64,000 bases of DNA from the human T2T-CHM13v2.0 reference genome, Homo sapiens, in assembly GCF_009914755.1 (NCBI RefSeq), contig NC_060942.1. The stretch is one strand, 5' to 3'. The position numbers and the translations under genes were made by a program. Below are positions 1-14,744 of this stretch, piece by piece; position 1 is the first letter of the stretch; each line of letters starts with the position of its first letter. The notes under the pieces are model-generated. The model made no database searches. It had not been told where the DNA came from and saw only the letters and a program-made list of their open reading frames with translations.

Positions 1-955
1 TCTCAGTTTTGCCAGCATGTAGATGCCTGACGGGGAGGCCTTCACCTGACTATAATCACAGAGACTCTCAGGCCCCAAAGCAACACAGCAGTTAAGTAGT
101 GAGGATTACTTAATGAAGTTATTCTCCCTGGGTTTGCCGCTCATTATAGCTCTAAAATATGGCACTGAGAACAGGCCTCTGTATGGGAGAATTTGGTAGG
201 AAGTTTATGGACCATATGATTTCCCTTATATTGTCTTAAACATTTCTTATGTCCAAAAGTACACAATAAAGAAAGCATGTCAGCTGATAAATGATATACT
301 AAAAGAGATTTCTCATGGAAAGCTGAGCAACAATATATCTAAAATGGCTTAAATACAATCCTTCCTAAAGACAAGAAGGTGGACTAGATGACTTATTAAA
401 ACAACTCTCAACAGTAATACATAAAAACCGTATCAATAAAAATGTCCTATTTTTTAAATGCCCTACAAATAAGATTCTACACGGATTCCTTATAAGTTTC
501 TGTAACATTAAATAACCCTTCCTGGTAGACATTCTGCTTTTAATGTGAGAACGATTCCTAACTTTTTAAAAGGTCATTAATCGTTTTTAATTTTTTTATT
601 TTTGTGTGGTTACATTGTAGGTGTATATATTTATGGAGTACATGAGATATTTGCAATGCAATGTGTAATAATCACATCATGGAGAATGGAGTATTCAGCC
701 CCTCAAGACTTTATCCTTTGTGTTACAAACAATCCAATTATAATCTTTTATTTTAAAATGTACAATTAAATTATTATTGACTATAGTCACCCTGTTTGCT
801 ATCAAATACTAGGTCTTATGTATACTTTCTATTTTTCTACTCATTAACCATTCCCACCTTAGCCCTACTGGCCCACTACCCTTCCCAGCCTCTGATAACC
901 ATCATTCTATTCTGTATCTCCATGAGACTGGAGTCTCACTTGTTTTGATTTTTAG

Positions 956-1373
<418 letters not shown>

Positions 1374-2367
1374 ACATTCTTTTTTATGGCTCATTAGTCC
1401 ACCATTGTGTATAAGTACGACATTTTCTTTATCCATTCATCTGTTGATGCACACTTAGATTGCTTCCAAATCTTGGCTATTGTGAACAATACTGGAACAA
1501 ACATGAGAGTACAGGTATCTCTTTGATGTACTAATTTCTCTTTCTTTTGGGTATATACCTAGCAGTGGATTGGTGGATTGTATGGTAGCTCTATTTTTAG
1601 TTTTTTGAGGAACCTCCAAACTGTTCTCCTTGGTAATTATAGTAATTTATATACCCACCAACAGCGAAAGGGGTTCTTTTTTCTCCACATCCTTGTCAGA
1701 ATTTGTTATTGCCTATCTTTTGGATACAGCCATTTTAACTAGGATGAGATGATACCTCATTGTAGTTTTGATTTGCATTTCTCTGATGATCAATGATGTT
1801 GAGCACCTTTCCATATGCCTGTTTGCCATCTGCATGTCTTCTTTTGAGAAATGTCTAGGCAAATATTTTGCCTATTTTTTAATTGAATTATTAGATTTTT
1901 CCCTTATAGAGTTGTTTGAGCTCCTTATATATTCTGGTTATTAATCCCTTGTCAGATGGGTAGCTTACAAATATTTTCTCCCATTCTGTGGGAGTCTCTT
2001 CACTTTGTTGACTGTTTCCTTTGCTGTGCAAAAGCTTTGTAATTTGGTGTGATCCCATTTGTCCATTTTTAATTTGGTTGCCTTTATGGTGTATTACTCA
2101 ACAAATTTTTGCCCAGACCAATGTCCTGGAGATTTTCCCCAATGTTTTCTTATAGTAGCTTCATGATAGTTTGAGGTCGTAGATTTAACTCATCAATTCA
2201 TTTTTATCAGATTTTTATATATGGTGAGAGATAAGGGTCTAGTTTCATTCTTCTGTATATGAATATCCAGTTTTCCCAGCACCATTCATTGAGGAAACTG
2301 TCTTTTCCCCAGTGTATTTTCTTGGCATGTTTGTTGAAAATGAGTTCAGTGTAGATGTGTAGATTTG

Positions 2368-4626
2368 TAACAGGGTTTGACTGTGTCCCCACCCAAATCT
2401 CATCTAGAATTGTAGCTCCCATAATCCCCACGTGTCATCAGAGGGACCTAGTGGGAGGTAACAAAATCATGAGGGCGAGTTTTCCTTTGCTGTTCTCATG
2501 ATAGTGAATAAGTTTCACAAGATCTGATGGTTTTATAAATGGGAGCTCCCCTGCGTAAGCTCTCTTGCCTGCCACAATGTAAAACATGCCTTTGCTCCTC
2601 CTTCACCTTCCACCATGATTGTGAGTTCTCCCCAGCCATGTGGAACTGTGAGTCCATTAAACTTCTTTTTTTATATAAATTACCAGGTCTTGGGTATGTC
2701 TTTATTAGCAGTGTGAAAACAGATTAATACAGTAAATTTGTACCACAGAGAGTGGGGTGCTACTGTAAAGATATCTGAAAATGTGGAAGTGACTTTGGAA
2801 GTGGGTAACAGGCAGAGGTTGGAATTTCCTAGACATTTGGAGGGCTCAGAAGAGAGGAAGAAATTTGAAACTTCCTAGAGATTTGTTGAATGGCTTTGAC
2901 CAAAATGCTGATAATGATATGGACAATAAAGTCCAGGCTGAGATGGTCTCAGATGGAGATGAGGACCTTGTTGGGAACTGGAGCAAAGGTGACTCTTGTT
3001 ATGCTTTAGCAAAGAGACTGGTGGCATTTTGCCCCTGCCCTAGAGATCTGTGGTACTTGAAAGAAATGATTTAGGATACCTGGTGGAAGACATTTCTAAG
3101 TGGCAAAGCATTCAAGAGGAAGCAGAGCATAAAAGTCTGGAAAATTTGTAGCCTGACAATCCAATAGAAAAGACAAACCCATTTTCTGGGGAGAAATTTA
3201 AGCCAGCTGCAGAAATTTGTATAAGTAACAAGGAGCAGAATGTTAATTACCAAGACAATGGGGAAGGTGTCTCCAGGGCATGTCAGAGACCTTTGCAGCA
3301 GCCCCTCCCATCACAGGTGTGGGGGCCTAGGAGGAAAAAAAAATGGTTTCATGGATACCCCTGCTGTATGCAGCTTAGGGACTTGGTTTCCTGCACCCCA
3401 GCTGCTCCAGCTATGGCTAAAAGGGGCCAATGTACAGCTTAGGCTGTTGCTTCAGAGGGTGCAAGCCCCAAGCATTGGCTGCGTACATGTAGTGTTGGAC
3501 CTGCAGGTGTACAAAGGTCAAGAATTGAGGTTTGGGAACCTCCGCCTAGATTTCGGAGGATGTATGGAAATGCCTGGATGTCCAAGCAGAGGTGAACATC
3601 CACCTGTCCTCTGCTGCAGGGGCAGAACCCTCATGGAGAACCTCTGCTAGGACAGTATGGAAGGAAAATGTGCAGTGGGAGCCCCCACACAGAGTCCCTA
3701 CTGGAGCACTCCCTAGTGGAGCTGTGAGAAAAGGGTCACTGTACTCCAGACCCCAGAATGGTACCGATAGCTTGCACCATGCACCTGGAAAAGCCTCAGA
3801 CACACCACCAGCTTGTGAAAGCAGCCAGGAGGGGGGCTGTACCCTGCAAAGCAACAGGGGTGGAGCTGCTGAAGACCATGGGAACTCACCTCTTGCATCA
3901 GCATGACCTGATGTGAGACATGGAGTCAAAATAGATCATTTTGGAACTTTAAGGTTTAATGACTGCCCTATTGGATTTCGGACTTGCATGGTGCCTGTAG
4001 CTCCTTTGTTTTGGCCAATTTCTCCCATTTGGAACAGATGCATTTACCCAATGCCTGTGCCCTTATTGTATCTAGGAAGTAACTAACTCGCTTTTGACTT
4101 TACAGGCTCATAGGCAAAAGGGATTTGCCTCGTCTCAGATGAGGCTTTGGACTGTGGAGTTTTGAGTTAATGATGAAATGAGTTAAGACTTTGGGGGACT
4201 GTTGGAAAGGCATGATTGGTTTTGAAATGTGGGGACATGAGATTTGGGAGGGGTTGGGGTGAAATGATATGTTTTGGCTGTGTCCCCACCCAAATCTCAT
4301 CTTGAATTGTACCTCCCATAATCTCCACATGTTGTAGGAGGGACCTAGTGGGAGGTAATCGAACCACGGGGGTAGGTTTTCCCATACTGTTCTCATGATA
4401 GTGAATAAGTCTCATGAGGTCTGATGGTCTTATAAAGGTGGTTCCCCTGCACACACTTTCTTGCCTGCCACCATGTAAGATGTGCCTTTGCTCCTCCTTC
4501 ACCTCCACCATGATTGTGAGGCCTCCTCAGCCACGTGGAATTGTAAGTCCATTAAACCTCTTTTTCTTTATAAGTTACCCAGTTTCAGGTATGTCTTTAT
4601 TAGCAGTGTGAGAACAGACTAATACA
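2368..4626 (+). mobile_element. Complete THE1 (THE1C/D-like) ERVL-MaLR: 5' LTR 2368-2731, internal region 2732-4264, 3' LTR 4265-4626
   Basis: Two homologous ~363-bp LTRs (..CTGTGTCCCCACCCAAATCTCATC..TAATACA) flank a typical THE1-int region (degraded ORF LPRDLLNGFDQNADNDMDN). 5-bp TSD ATTTG at 2363-2367 and 4627-4631. The host L1 resumes in register. Confidence 0.93.
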
Positions 4627-7600
4627 ATTTGTTTCTGGTTACTCTATTCTGTTCCATTAGTCTGTGTGTCTTTTTTTTTATGCCAGGACCATGCTGTTTT
4701 GATTCCATCACTCTGCAGTATAATTTGAAGTCAGGTAATGTGATTTCTCATTTTGTTCTTTCTGCTTAGGGTAGAGTTGTCTCTTCTGGGTCTTTTGTGG
4801 TTCCATATAAATTTTAGCATTGTTTTTTCTACTTCTGTGAAGAATGTCACTGGTATTTTGATAGGAACTGCATTGAATTTGTAGATTGCTTTGGACTATG
4901 GACATTTTAACAATATTGATACTTCCAATCTATGAACATGAAATGTATTTCCATTTTTTGGTGTCCTCTTCAATTTCCTTCATCAGTGCTTCATAGTTTT
5001 TATTACAGAGATCATTGACTTGTTTGGTTAATTCCTAGGTAGCTAATTTTATTTGTGGCTATTGTAAATGGGATTACTTTCATGATTTCTTTTTCAAATT
5101 GTTCACTGTTGGCATATAGAAATGCTACTGAATTTTGTATGTTGATTTTGTATCCTGCAACTTTACTGAATTTATCAGTTCTAATGGTTTTTTGTGGCAT
5201 CTTTAGGTTTTTTTCAAATATAAGATCACATCATCTGCAAACAAGGATAATTTGACATCTTCCTTTCCAATTTGGATGCCCTGTATTATTTATTTGAAGT
5301 TTTTTGCCCTGTATTGTTTATTTGAAGTTTTTCTTCTTATTTGATGTTAGGCACTTATAGCTATAAAATTCCCTCTGTGCACTGCTTTTGCTGTATCCCA
5401 TAGGTTTTGGTGTATTTTGTTTCCTTTATCATTTGTTTCAAGAAATTTTTCAATTCTCTTCTTAATTTTTTTATTGACCCACTGGTCCTTCAGGAGCATA
5501 TTATTTAATTTCCATGTTCTTATATAGTTTTCAAAATTCCTCTTCTTCTTGATTTCTAGTTTTATGTCATGTGGTCACTGAAGATTCTTGATTTTATTTC
5601 AATTTTTTGAATGTTTTAAGACTCGTTTTGTGACCTCACATATGACCTATCTTTGAGAATGATCCATGTGCTGAGGAAAAGAATATGTATTCTGCAGCCA
5701 TTGGATGAAATGTTCTGTAAATATTTATTAAGTCCATTTGGTCTATAGTTCAGATTAAGTCTGATGTTTCTTTGTTGATTTTCTGTCTGGAAGATCTGCC
5801 CAATGCTGAAAGTGGGGTGTTGAAGTCTCCAGCAATTATTGTATTGGGGCCTATCTCTCTCTTTAGCTCTAATAATATTTGCTTTATATATCTGGATACT
5901 CCAGTGTTGGGTGCATATATATTTAAAATTGTTATATCCTCATGCTGAATTGACTTCTTTATCATTAGATAAGAAGAGACCTTATTTGTATTTTATACTT
6001 TTTGTCTGGAAATCTATTTTGTCTGATATAATTATAGCTACTCTTGCTTTTTTATTTACATTGGTATGGAATATCATTTTCCATCCTATTATTTTGACTC
6101 CATGTGTGTCTTTACAGGTGAAGTGTGTGTGTCTTGTAGGCAACAGGTCATTGGGTCTTGTCTTTTTATCCATCCACCCACTCTAAGTCTTTTGACTGGA
6201 GAGTTTAGTCCATTTACAATTAATGTTATTATTGACAATTAAGGGCTTACTCCTGCCATTTTGTTATTTGTTTTCTGGTTGTTTTTTTGGTCTTCTATTC
6301 CTTTTATCTTTACTTCCTGTCTTCCTTTTCATGAAGGTGATTTTCTCTGGTGACATGATTTAGTTTCTTGCTTTTTATTTTTTTTGTATCTGTTGTATGT
6401 TTTTTCAGTTTGAAGTTACCCTGAGGCTTGCAAATACTATCTTATAACCCATTATTTTAAGCTAATAACAACTTAATACTGTTTGCATAAACAAACAAAA
6501 AGAAAACTAAAACATTATGCCTTAACTTCATCCCCACTTTTTATCATTTTATTGCTTCTACTTATATATTATTGTACTATGTGTTGAAAAGTTGTTGTAG
6601 TTGTTTTTTATTGGTTCATTTTTAGTCTTTCTACTTAAGAGTAAGAGTAGTTTACACACCACAGTTACAGTGTTATAATATTCTGTGGTTTTCTGTGCAC
6701 TTACTATTGCCAGTGAGTTTTGTACCTTCAGATGATTTCTTATTGCTCACTAACATCCTTTTCTTTCTGATTGAAGTACTCCCTTTGGCATTTCTTATAG
6801 AATAGGACAGATGTTGATGAAATCCCTCAGCTTTTGTTTGTCTAGGAAAGTCTTTATTTCTCCTTCATGTTTGAAGCATATTTTCAACAGATATACTAGT
6901 CTAGGGTGAAGGTTTTTTTCCTTCAGCACTTTAAATATGTCATGCCACTTTCTTGGCTTGTAAATTTTCCACTGAAAAATCTGCAGCCAGATGTATTGGA
7001 GCTCCATTTTATGTTACTTGATCCTTTTCTCTTGCTGCTTTTAGGATCAAAGGATCCTTTGACCTGGATCCTTGACCTTTGGGAGCTTGATTATTAAATA
7101 CCTTAAGGTAGTCTTCTTCGGGTTAAATCTATTTAGCGTTCTATAACCTTCTTGTATTTGGATGTCGATATTTTTCTCTAGGTTTGGGAAGTTCTCTGTT
7201 ATTATCGCTTTGGATAAATTTCTACCCTTATCTCCATCTCTACTTCCTCCTTAAAGCCAGTAACTCTTAGATTTGCCTTTTTGAGGCTCTTTTCTAGATC
7301 CAGTAGGCACACTTCATTGTTTTTTATTCTTTTTTCTTTTGTCTCCTCTGTGTATTTTCAAATAGCCTGTCTTCAAACTCACCAACTCTTTCTTCTGCTT
7401 GATCAATTCTGCCATTAAAAGACTCTGATGCATTCTTCAGTATGCCAATTGCATTTTTCAGCTCAAGAATTTCTGCTTGATTCTTTTTAATTATTTTAAT
7501 CTCTGTTAAATTTACCTGATGGAATTCTGAATTTCTTCTCTGTGTTATCTTAAATTTATTTGAGTTTCCTCAGTACAGCTATTTTGAATTTTCTGTCTGA

Positions 7601-9852
7601 AAGGCCACATATCTCTATTTCTTCAGGATTGATCCTTGGTGCCTTATTTAATTCATTTGGCAAGGTCACGTTTTCCTGGATGGTCTTGATACTTGTAGAT
7701 GTTTGTCTATGCCTGGGCACTGAAGAGTTAGGTATATATTATAGTCTTCACAGTCTGGACTTCTTTGTACCCATCCTTCTTGGGAAGGCTTTCCAGATAT
7801 TTGAAAGGCCTTGAGTGTTTTGATCTAAGCTGTATCTGCTTTAAGGGGCATCCCAAGCCTACTAACACTGTGGTTCTTTCAGACTCATAGAGGTACGACC
7901 TTGATGGTCTTAGATAAGATCCAGAAGAAATCTCTGGATTACCAGGCAGTGACTCTTGTTCTCTTTCCTTACTTTCTCCCAAACAAATGGAGACTCTCTC
8001 TCTGTTCTGAGCCACCTGGGGATGCGGTTAGATTGACCCAAGCACCCCTGTGGCCACCAGCACTAGGACTATGCTGGATCAGACCTGAAGCCAGCACAGC
8101 ATTGGGTCTACCCCAAGTCCTGCTGTAACCACTCTTTGGTTACTGCCTATGTTCACTTAAGTCCCTGGGGCTCTATAATCAGCAAGTAACAAAGCCAGCC
8201 AGGCCTGTTTCCTTCCCTTCAAGATGAAAAGTTTCCCCAGGCCCCAGGTGGGTCCAGAGTTGCCATCCAGGAGCCAGGGACAAGAGTCAGAAACTACCCA
8301 GTGTTCTATTGAACTGCAGCTGAGCTGGCACCCAAACCAAAAGATGCAGCCCTTCCTACTTTTTCCTCCCCTTTCCAAAGGCAGAGGAGCCTCACCCCGT
8401 GGTCACTGCCATCATAGGTCCATGGGGAGTACTGCCAGACTACCACCAATGTTCCCTTAAGGCCCAAGCAAGGAGCTTGCGGTAAAGCCTGGCTTGGGAC
8501 TCTTCTTTTAGGGCAGTGGGCTCCCCTCCAGCCCAGTGCAGATCTGGAAATGCCATCTAAGAGCTAAGCCCTAGAATTCAGTACACCAAGAGCCCGCTTG
8601 GTGCTCTATTCCCCTATGGCTGAGCTGGTACCTAAGGTACAAGATAAAGTCCCCTTACTTTTTCTGTTTTTCTCAAGCAGAAGGAGTCTCATCTGTTAGC
8701 CAGCACAGCTGGAAATGTGTTGAGTCTTACCTGAAGGCAACAAGTCTCAAGAGTCTCACCCAAAGGTGATGTCCTCAGTGTAACCTGCTTATTGCTGCTG
8801 GTTATTCAGGGCCCAAGGACTCTTCAGTTAGCAAGAGATAAATCTTGACAGAACTAGGTCCTTCCCTTCAAGGCAGCAGGTTCCTTTCTGGCCCAGCATG
8901 TATCTAGACATGTCATCCAGGAGTTAGGACCTGGAAAGAGGGCCTCATGAGTTTGACTGGTGTCTTATCTTGCTGTGGCCTAGCTGGTATCAAAGATGCA
9001 AGACAAAGTTTTCCCCACTGTTCCATCTTTTCTCCTCAAGCAGAAGGAAGGGGTCTCTTTTGAAGCTATGAGCTCTGCAGCTTGAGGTTAGTGGAGGGAT
9101 GATGCCAGCCCTCTCTTATCTGCCCTGGCTGGTATCTCAGTAGGTCATGTGCCCTCCCACCCTGAGTCCATTGTCTCTGGGCCCATTTCAGCACTACGAC
9201 TCGCCTAGGAGTTGGAGTCCTTGTGGCCTAGGCTGCCTTTCAAGTTTATTTCAGGCTTCAGAGTACTTTAGCCTGCAGTGGTGAGGCTTGCAGGAACTCT
9301 TCACCCACTTGGATCAGCAATTCCCCTCTGGCTAGGGCTGGTTTAAATGCTCCTTCCATGGGTGGGCATCTGCTGAGTTTGGTCTGGCTTTGCCTTCTGT
9401 TATGACAGGACAGCACTAAGTTCAATGCCTCACACTTACCGCACTCTCCCCATCCCCAGTGCACAGCAATGTCCTCTGTACCACACTACCATGGCCAGGG
9501 TGGCATTGACAATTCAAGACTGTTTTTCCTACCTCCTTAGTGCCTCTTTCAGTGATATGAAGTTAAAACCAGGTACTGCGAGTGCTCACCTGGCTTGTGG
9601 TTCTTATGAAGGTGCTTGTCATGTGTTGATGATGTTATATCGATGTCCTTGCAAAGGAAATGACTGGTGAAGCCTTCTATTCCACCATCTTACTTTGCCT
9701 CTCTCCCAGGTCATTGATCTTGTTGAGAACCTTTTGACAGCCATGAACATCTTGCTCAGTGTGGTAGACTAATGTACAGACACACAGACACATTTTGATT
9801 TAATAAATACAAATAAATATTCATAGCCTAATTATAAAATATATAGAATGAT

Positions 9853-10261
9853 TATTATGGGTTGAACTGTATTCCTCAAAATTTGTATGTTGAAGTCTTT
9901 ACCCCCAGTACCTCAGAATGTGACTTTATTTGGCAATAGGGTCTTTCAGAGGTTATCAAGTTAAAATGGGATTATTAGGCTGGACCCTAATCCAATATTC
10001 CTAGTGTCCTTTATAAAAACGAAAAATTTAAACACCGAGATACACATAGAGGGAAGACAATGTGAACAGACATGGGAGAAGGTGGCCATCTACAAGCCAA
10101 AGAGAGAGGCCTGGAACAGTCTTCCCTCGCAGCTTCACAAGAAACCAACCCTGCTCACACCTTGATCTCAGACTTGGAGCCTTTGGAACTATGAGACAAC
10201 AGATTTCTGTTGTTTAAGCCAACAGTTTGTGGTACTTGTCAGGGCAGCCTTAGAAAATACA
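9853..10261 (+). mobile_element. MLT1B-like solo LTR (ERVL-MaLR)
   Basis: TATGGGTTGAACTG..CCCCAGTACCTCAGAATGTGAC..GGCCATCTACAAGCCAA..TTTCTGTTGTTTAAGCCA..ATACA follows the MLT1B/C layout. Confidence 0.8.
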
Positions 10262-10269
10262 GTAATTCT

Positions 10270-10620
10270 GTGAGACTCTTCAGGTTGGTATGTGTACCTG
10301 GAGCTCGTTCTTGCTGCTGTCTGAGTACACTGAATTCTATTTGTCCATTCTGTTGCTGGTGGGTTGTTTCCAGTTTTGCAGTGTTCAGTGATACTGCTGT
10401 GGACATAGTAATATATGCCTCATGGTACGTACATATGGGCATCTCTGTGATGCCCAGGACTGGATGCAAATTGCTCGGAAAGTGGATGTTCCAATATATA
10501 TAGCCACCACCAGTGTATAAAATGGTTTCCTCTGCTCCTTAAACTTTCCAAAACTTGATATCATCAGAATTTTCCATTTTTACTTATCTTCTCAGTGTGA
10601 AATTGTAACTCATTAGACAG
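10270..10620 (-). mobile_element. Ancient L1ME-type 3' fragment
   Basis: Degenerate antisense L1 motifs (GGGTTGTTTCCAGTTTTG, CCACCACCAGTGTATAA, AACTTGATATCATCAGA). Boundaries approximate. Confidence 0.5.
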
Positions 10621-11084
10621 ATTCATTGATTGATTTCCATGTGATATTACCACCATTTTCCATTGTGTCTTTTGTCATTGATTTTTCAAATTGTAAACTT
10701 TTTAAAAAATCAACTTGAAAAAAAATCAGGTAACATGATGTGATGTTGATATCTTATATTTCAAAAGTTGTGGTTTATGAGATGAGCATGGTTCCAAACT
10801 GGAGTTGTTAGCAGCCTTTCCAACACTGTCCACGCCCTGTGTTCCCCAGAGTGTCTAGTTATGCAAAATTGTAAGTTCAGTGTAGCAGTCACAATTACAG
10901 ATGCAGACCTGAGTTGGAGATTTTGTGGGAAACAGGTACTATGCCAACACAGTTCTAGATTGATAGTGAGTGTCGATTCATGTTTATGGCCATAATATTG
11001 GGTCATTTTTCTAGTGATTCTTCATTAATAGTAAAACATTATTATATAACCATTATAAATATCCTTTTTGGACAATGTCATTCT

Positions 11085-11540
11085 TTGGATATAGTCATCT
11101 CATAACAACATTTTGAGGTAAGAAGAAAAATTGCTCTTAGATCCTTAAGTGAGCTGAAGCACACAGATAGGATTTAATTTCCCACAGGTCAACCTGCAGG
11201 TCAGGGTAATATTTAAAATAGAAACAAAATGTCTAAAGCCCCATGGCTGCCCCATCCATTAAACAATACCAGTTTCCTTGCTAAACATTAGCCTTCAATT
11301 CTCTCTCAAAAGACATACAGTTATTACACACTTCATCTAGTCTTCTTGACATGAACTTAAACTTGTAGGATCAATATTTTAGAGATGAAAGAAGCTTTAG
11401 AAATTACCCTAGTCTGATCTTTCTCATCTTAAATATTACAAAAATGAAACAGAGAAAATGTCATTCCTAAAACCATATAGCTATTCAGCTACAGAACCAA
11501 AATTAAAAGCTGGGTGTTCTAAGTCCCAAATCTGGATATG
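11085..11540. mobile_element. MIR/MIR3 fragments
   Basis: Degenerate MIR core-like text (CTCATAACAACATTTTGAGGTAAG; TTACAAAAATGAAACAGAGA..CCTAAAACCATATAGCTA). Confidence 0.4.
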
Positions 11541-12259
11541 AGCTATACACATGATGACTTGTACAATTCAGACTGTGTTCCGAGCAGCCCAGCATTCTGC
11601 AATTAATACCTGTAAGAGGAAACGTTGGTTCTCTGGACAGGCCTACATAGCCCTAAGTAAATATCACCTAGTGGTGGAGATTGAAGAATTTCTCTCCCCA
11701 AGAAATATCATAAGACCAAAGAATATTTTTCTGTTTGAACAAAGAAATCTGCTGAGTTGAGGTTATTGATACAATATCGTAAATAAAATGATGTGCAATA
11801 TCACAAAGCTCAAAAAAGCACAAAAATATACAGGAGGTCCTGCTATGTCAATTGCATATCAAAGCTCTAAGAAAAGATGGCCTGTGAAGAAGAAAAAGAC
11901 ATTTTTCTTGAACACCTGCTAGGTGAGCATTGTGCTAGTTACTTTACAGACCTTGTCTTATTTTGATTATCCCCACTTCATGTATGATGACATTGTAACA
12001 GCAAATGTAAGTAACCATCCCAAATGCACAGAAAATAATAAAGTTGGAATTCAAATCCTATTCTAGTGTCCTCATATATGCAGTTATAATTTGGTGTAGT
12101 GAATGTTTGGGGTCTGCTTTGTTTTGTTTTTGATGATGATAAAGCAGAAATGCAGTGTAAACAATTTGAAGGAGACAGCATAAAGGAAAAAAAATGTAAA
12201 TCTGCAATTACACCACCCAGAGAGAACCACTTTTAATATTGTGATATAACTTGCACTTG

Positions 12260-12767
12260 AGCATCTGCAAAGATGGCTGCTATCAATTGCTTCTCTCCCT
12301 GAAGATGCAAATCCTCTGCCTTCCTCTGGCATCTGGCCTGTGGCTCATCTTGACCAATGGAAAATGGCAGAGGTGATGCTATGCCAGCTTCAGTCTGGCC
12401 TTTGAGAGATCTAGCAGCTTCTGTCTTTTCTCAGGGGAAAAAACCAACTGCCACTTAAGAACTCTGACTACCCAAGACCACCTTGCTGTTAGGAAACCTC
12501 AGCCACCCATGTGGAGAGAGGCATGAAACAAAACGGAAGTCCCAGACCTGTGAGTGAAGCCTTCTTGGATCCAGTAGCCCAGCCCCACCCCAGTTGAATA
12601 TGATGCAGTGAGGTACCCCAGCCAAGCCCCTAGAGCAGAGGAACCCCATCCCCAGCCACCGCCGGAGCCCAGTCAAGCCACAGAATCATGAGAAAGAATA
12701 GATTTCTGTTGTTTCAAGCTACCACATTTTGCAGTAGTTTGTTACATAGCAATAACTAAGACTAATA
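12260..12767 (+). mobile_element. MLT1G/H-like solo LTR
   Basis: AAGATGGCTGC..TTGACCAATGGAAAATGGCAGAGGTGATGC..CCACAGAATCATGAGA..TAGTTTGTTACATAGCAATA. Confidence 0.65.
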
Positions 12768-12789
12768 GATAACTAAGGCTTCATCCTCA

Positions 12790-13320
12790 TAGATGTTCTC
12801 TGTATATATGGATGTATGTTTCTATGCATATTCAAAACCATTTTGTACTCTGCTTTTCTTATTTAGAATCACTTTCACTTTCAGTGAATATTCACATTCT
12901 TCTGTAACTTGACTTCTTAGTGGCCACAAGGTATCTACTCATCTGGAGGTATCATAGCTCATGGAAGGGTTCCATATTGTTGGGCAGTTGGTGGCTTCTC
13001 CATTTTCCTTATTATACCTGAGACCTGCCATGAGTGTTCGTCAACACAAATCTGTGCACAAATATCCCACTATATTCTTTGGATGAATTCTGGGCATGTT
13101 ATTTGAGCGTTAAAGCACTACATATTTGTATGGTTCTGGCCAAATTGCCCTCAACAAAAACTCTCCAATTACAGTCCCCCCAGCTGGGAACCAGCACTCT
13201 ACTCTCTTCACACATGATCTAGCAACACCAGGTACTTTTCATTACTCTATTCCAATTTGGCAGATGACAAATGGATTCTCACGGTTGTTTTAATTTTCCT
13301 TTCACTAATGAGGGTTAGAC
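12790..13320 (-). mobile_element. Ancient L1ME-type fragment
   Basis: Degenerate antisense L1 3' motifs (GGCAAATTGCCCTCAA, CAACACCAGGTACTTTTCA, GGATTCTCACGGTTGTTTTAATTT). Confidence 0.45.
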
Positions 13321-13766
13321 CTTTCCTCGTGACGGTGCGATGCCCACGCTCCGCACTTGGCTGCCTTGCCTGCAGAACCACGCTGTACATAACACCGTCT
13401 GACAGTCAAGGTTAAATGAACAAAGCTACTATGAAAACTACATGATGGAAAGAATGTTTTTAATATATGGATGACAGGAATAATTTTATCATAGGGCCTA
13501 AAGAGTCATAATCAATTTCCCTGACAGAAGAATTTCACAATCCATTGATTTAGAATCGCCTGGATTGGTGATGACATTTCTAGGGCACTTGTACCTGCCA
13601 CTCATCTTTGTTACCTATGTTTATAGGAAACTGTAAATCATTTCTTGAGCCAACCACTAATTGTGAAAATAAATTTCAACCTGATAAAACTTCAGAGACA
13701 ATTATTTTATACTATAAATTTTAGTTAAGAGAAACTAATTCTCAAATTTCTCTTCCACACAAGTAA

Positions 13767-14066
<300 letters not shown>

Positions 14067-14504
14067 TAAATTTTTAATTAAATATGTCTAACCCTCAACA
14101 GGTATTATAGGTGAAAAGTCACCCTTGGCACCAAAAGATCATCAAACAAAGAACAGGTCTAAGCAAACATCATTTATAATGTGACATGCTATAAAAACAG
14201 AATTTATTAAAATAACAACTTCATTGAAAATGTTTATTTAGTTTTACTTATTTGAGATAAGTGACAGGAAATAAGAAAATGGCTTAAAAGTTTAGATATT
14301 TAGATTCCACATGGAGTTATTATCTTACAGAATGTCACAAATATAATTTTAGAATTAAGTTGCATTTTCCCCATTGTCATTAAGAAGAAAAGCAACTTAC
14401 TTTTTGCTCACTTTCCTTGTAGGTTTTTATTTCACTTATGGTACTCCCCTCATCAACCCGTTAAATATTTCCCCCAGGTTCTGCTTTTGTTCTCTTCTTT
14501 CAGC

Positions 14505-14710
14505 CACTATTTATTATTTGTGTGCTGCGTGCTAGAAATCGGGCTAAACTCCTCGCAGACATCAGTCTTCGCGGATGCTTAATAACCACAGTAGCCTGAG
14601 GTGGGTATGATTGGCCCTGACTGACAAAGGAGGAAATTGAAAGTTAAAGAGGTTAAGTAACCTGCCAAAGTTGTAAAATACTCTCTCTCTCTCTGACTAG
14701 ACTGGCACCA
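14505..14710. mobile_element. MIR
   Basis: MIR core: CCTGAGGTGGGTATGATT..GAGGAAATTGAAAGTTAAAGAGGTTAAGTAACCTGCCAAAG. Confidence 0.6.
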
Positions 14711-14744
14711 TAAACTCGGTGTCGATATGTAGTGCCAGAGTGCT

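Noticed and set aside
2450-4375. DUX4 sites in the THE1 LTRs
   Set aside because: The expected TAATTGAATCA is degraded in both LTRs (TAACAAAATCA and TAATCGAACCA).
2865-4396. THE1 internal ORFs as a coding gene
   Set aside because: Fragmented remnants of the MaLR internal ORF, with stops and frameshifts.
8150-9250. Dispersed repeated blocks (CCTTCCCTTCAAG; AGCTGGTA..CAAGA.AAAGT)
   Set aside because: They lie within the old L1 5' UTR, where such internal repeats are, as I recall, part of the family consensus.
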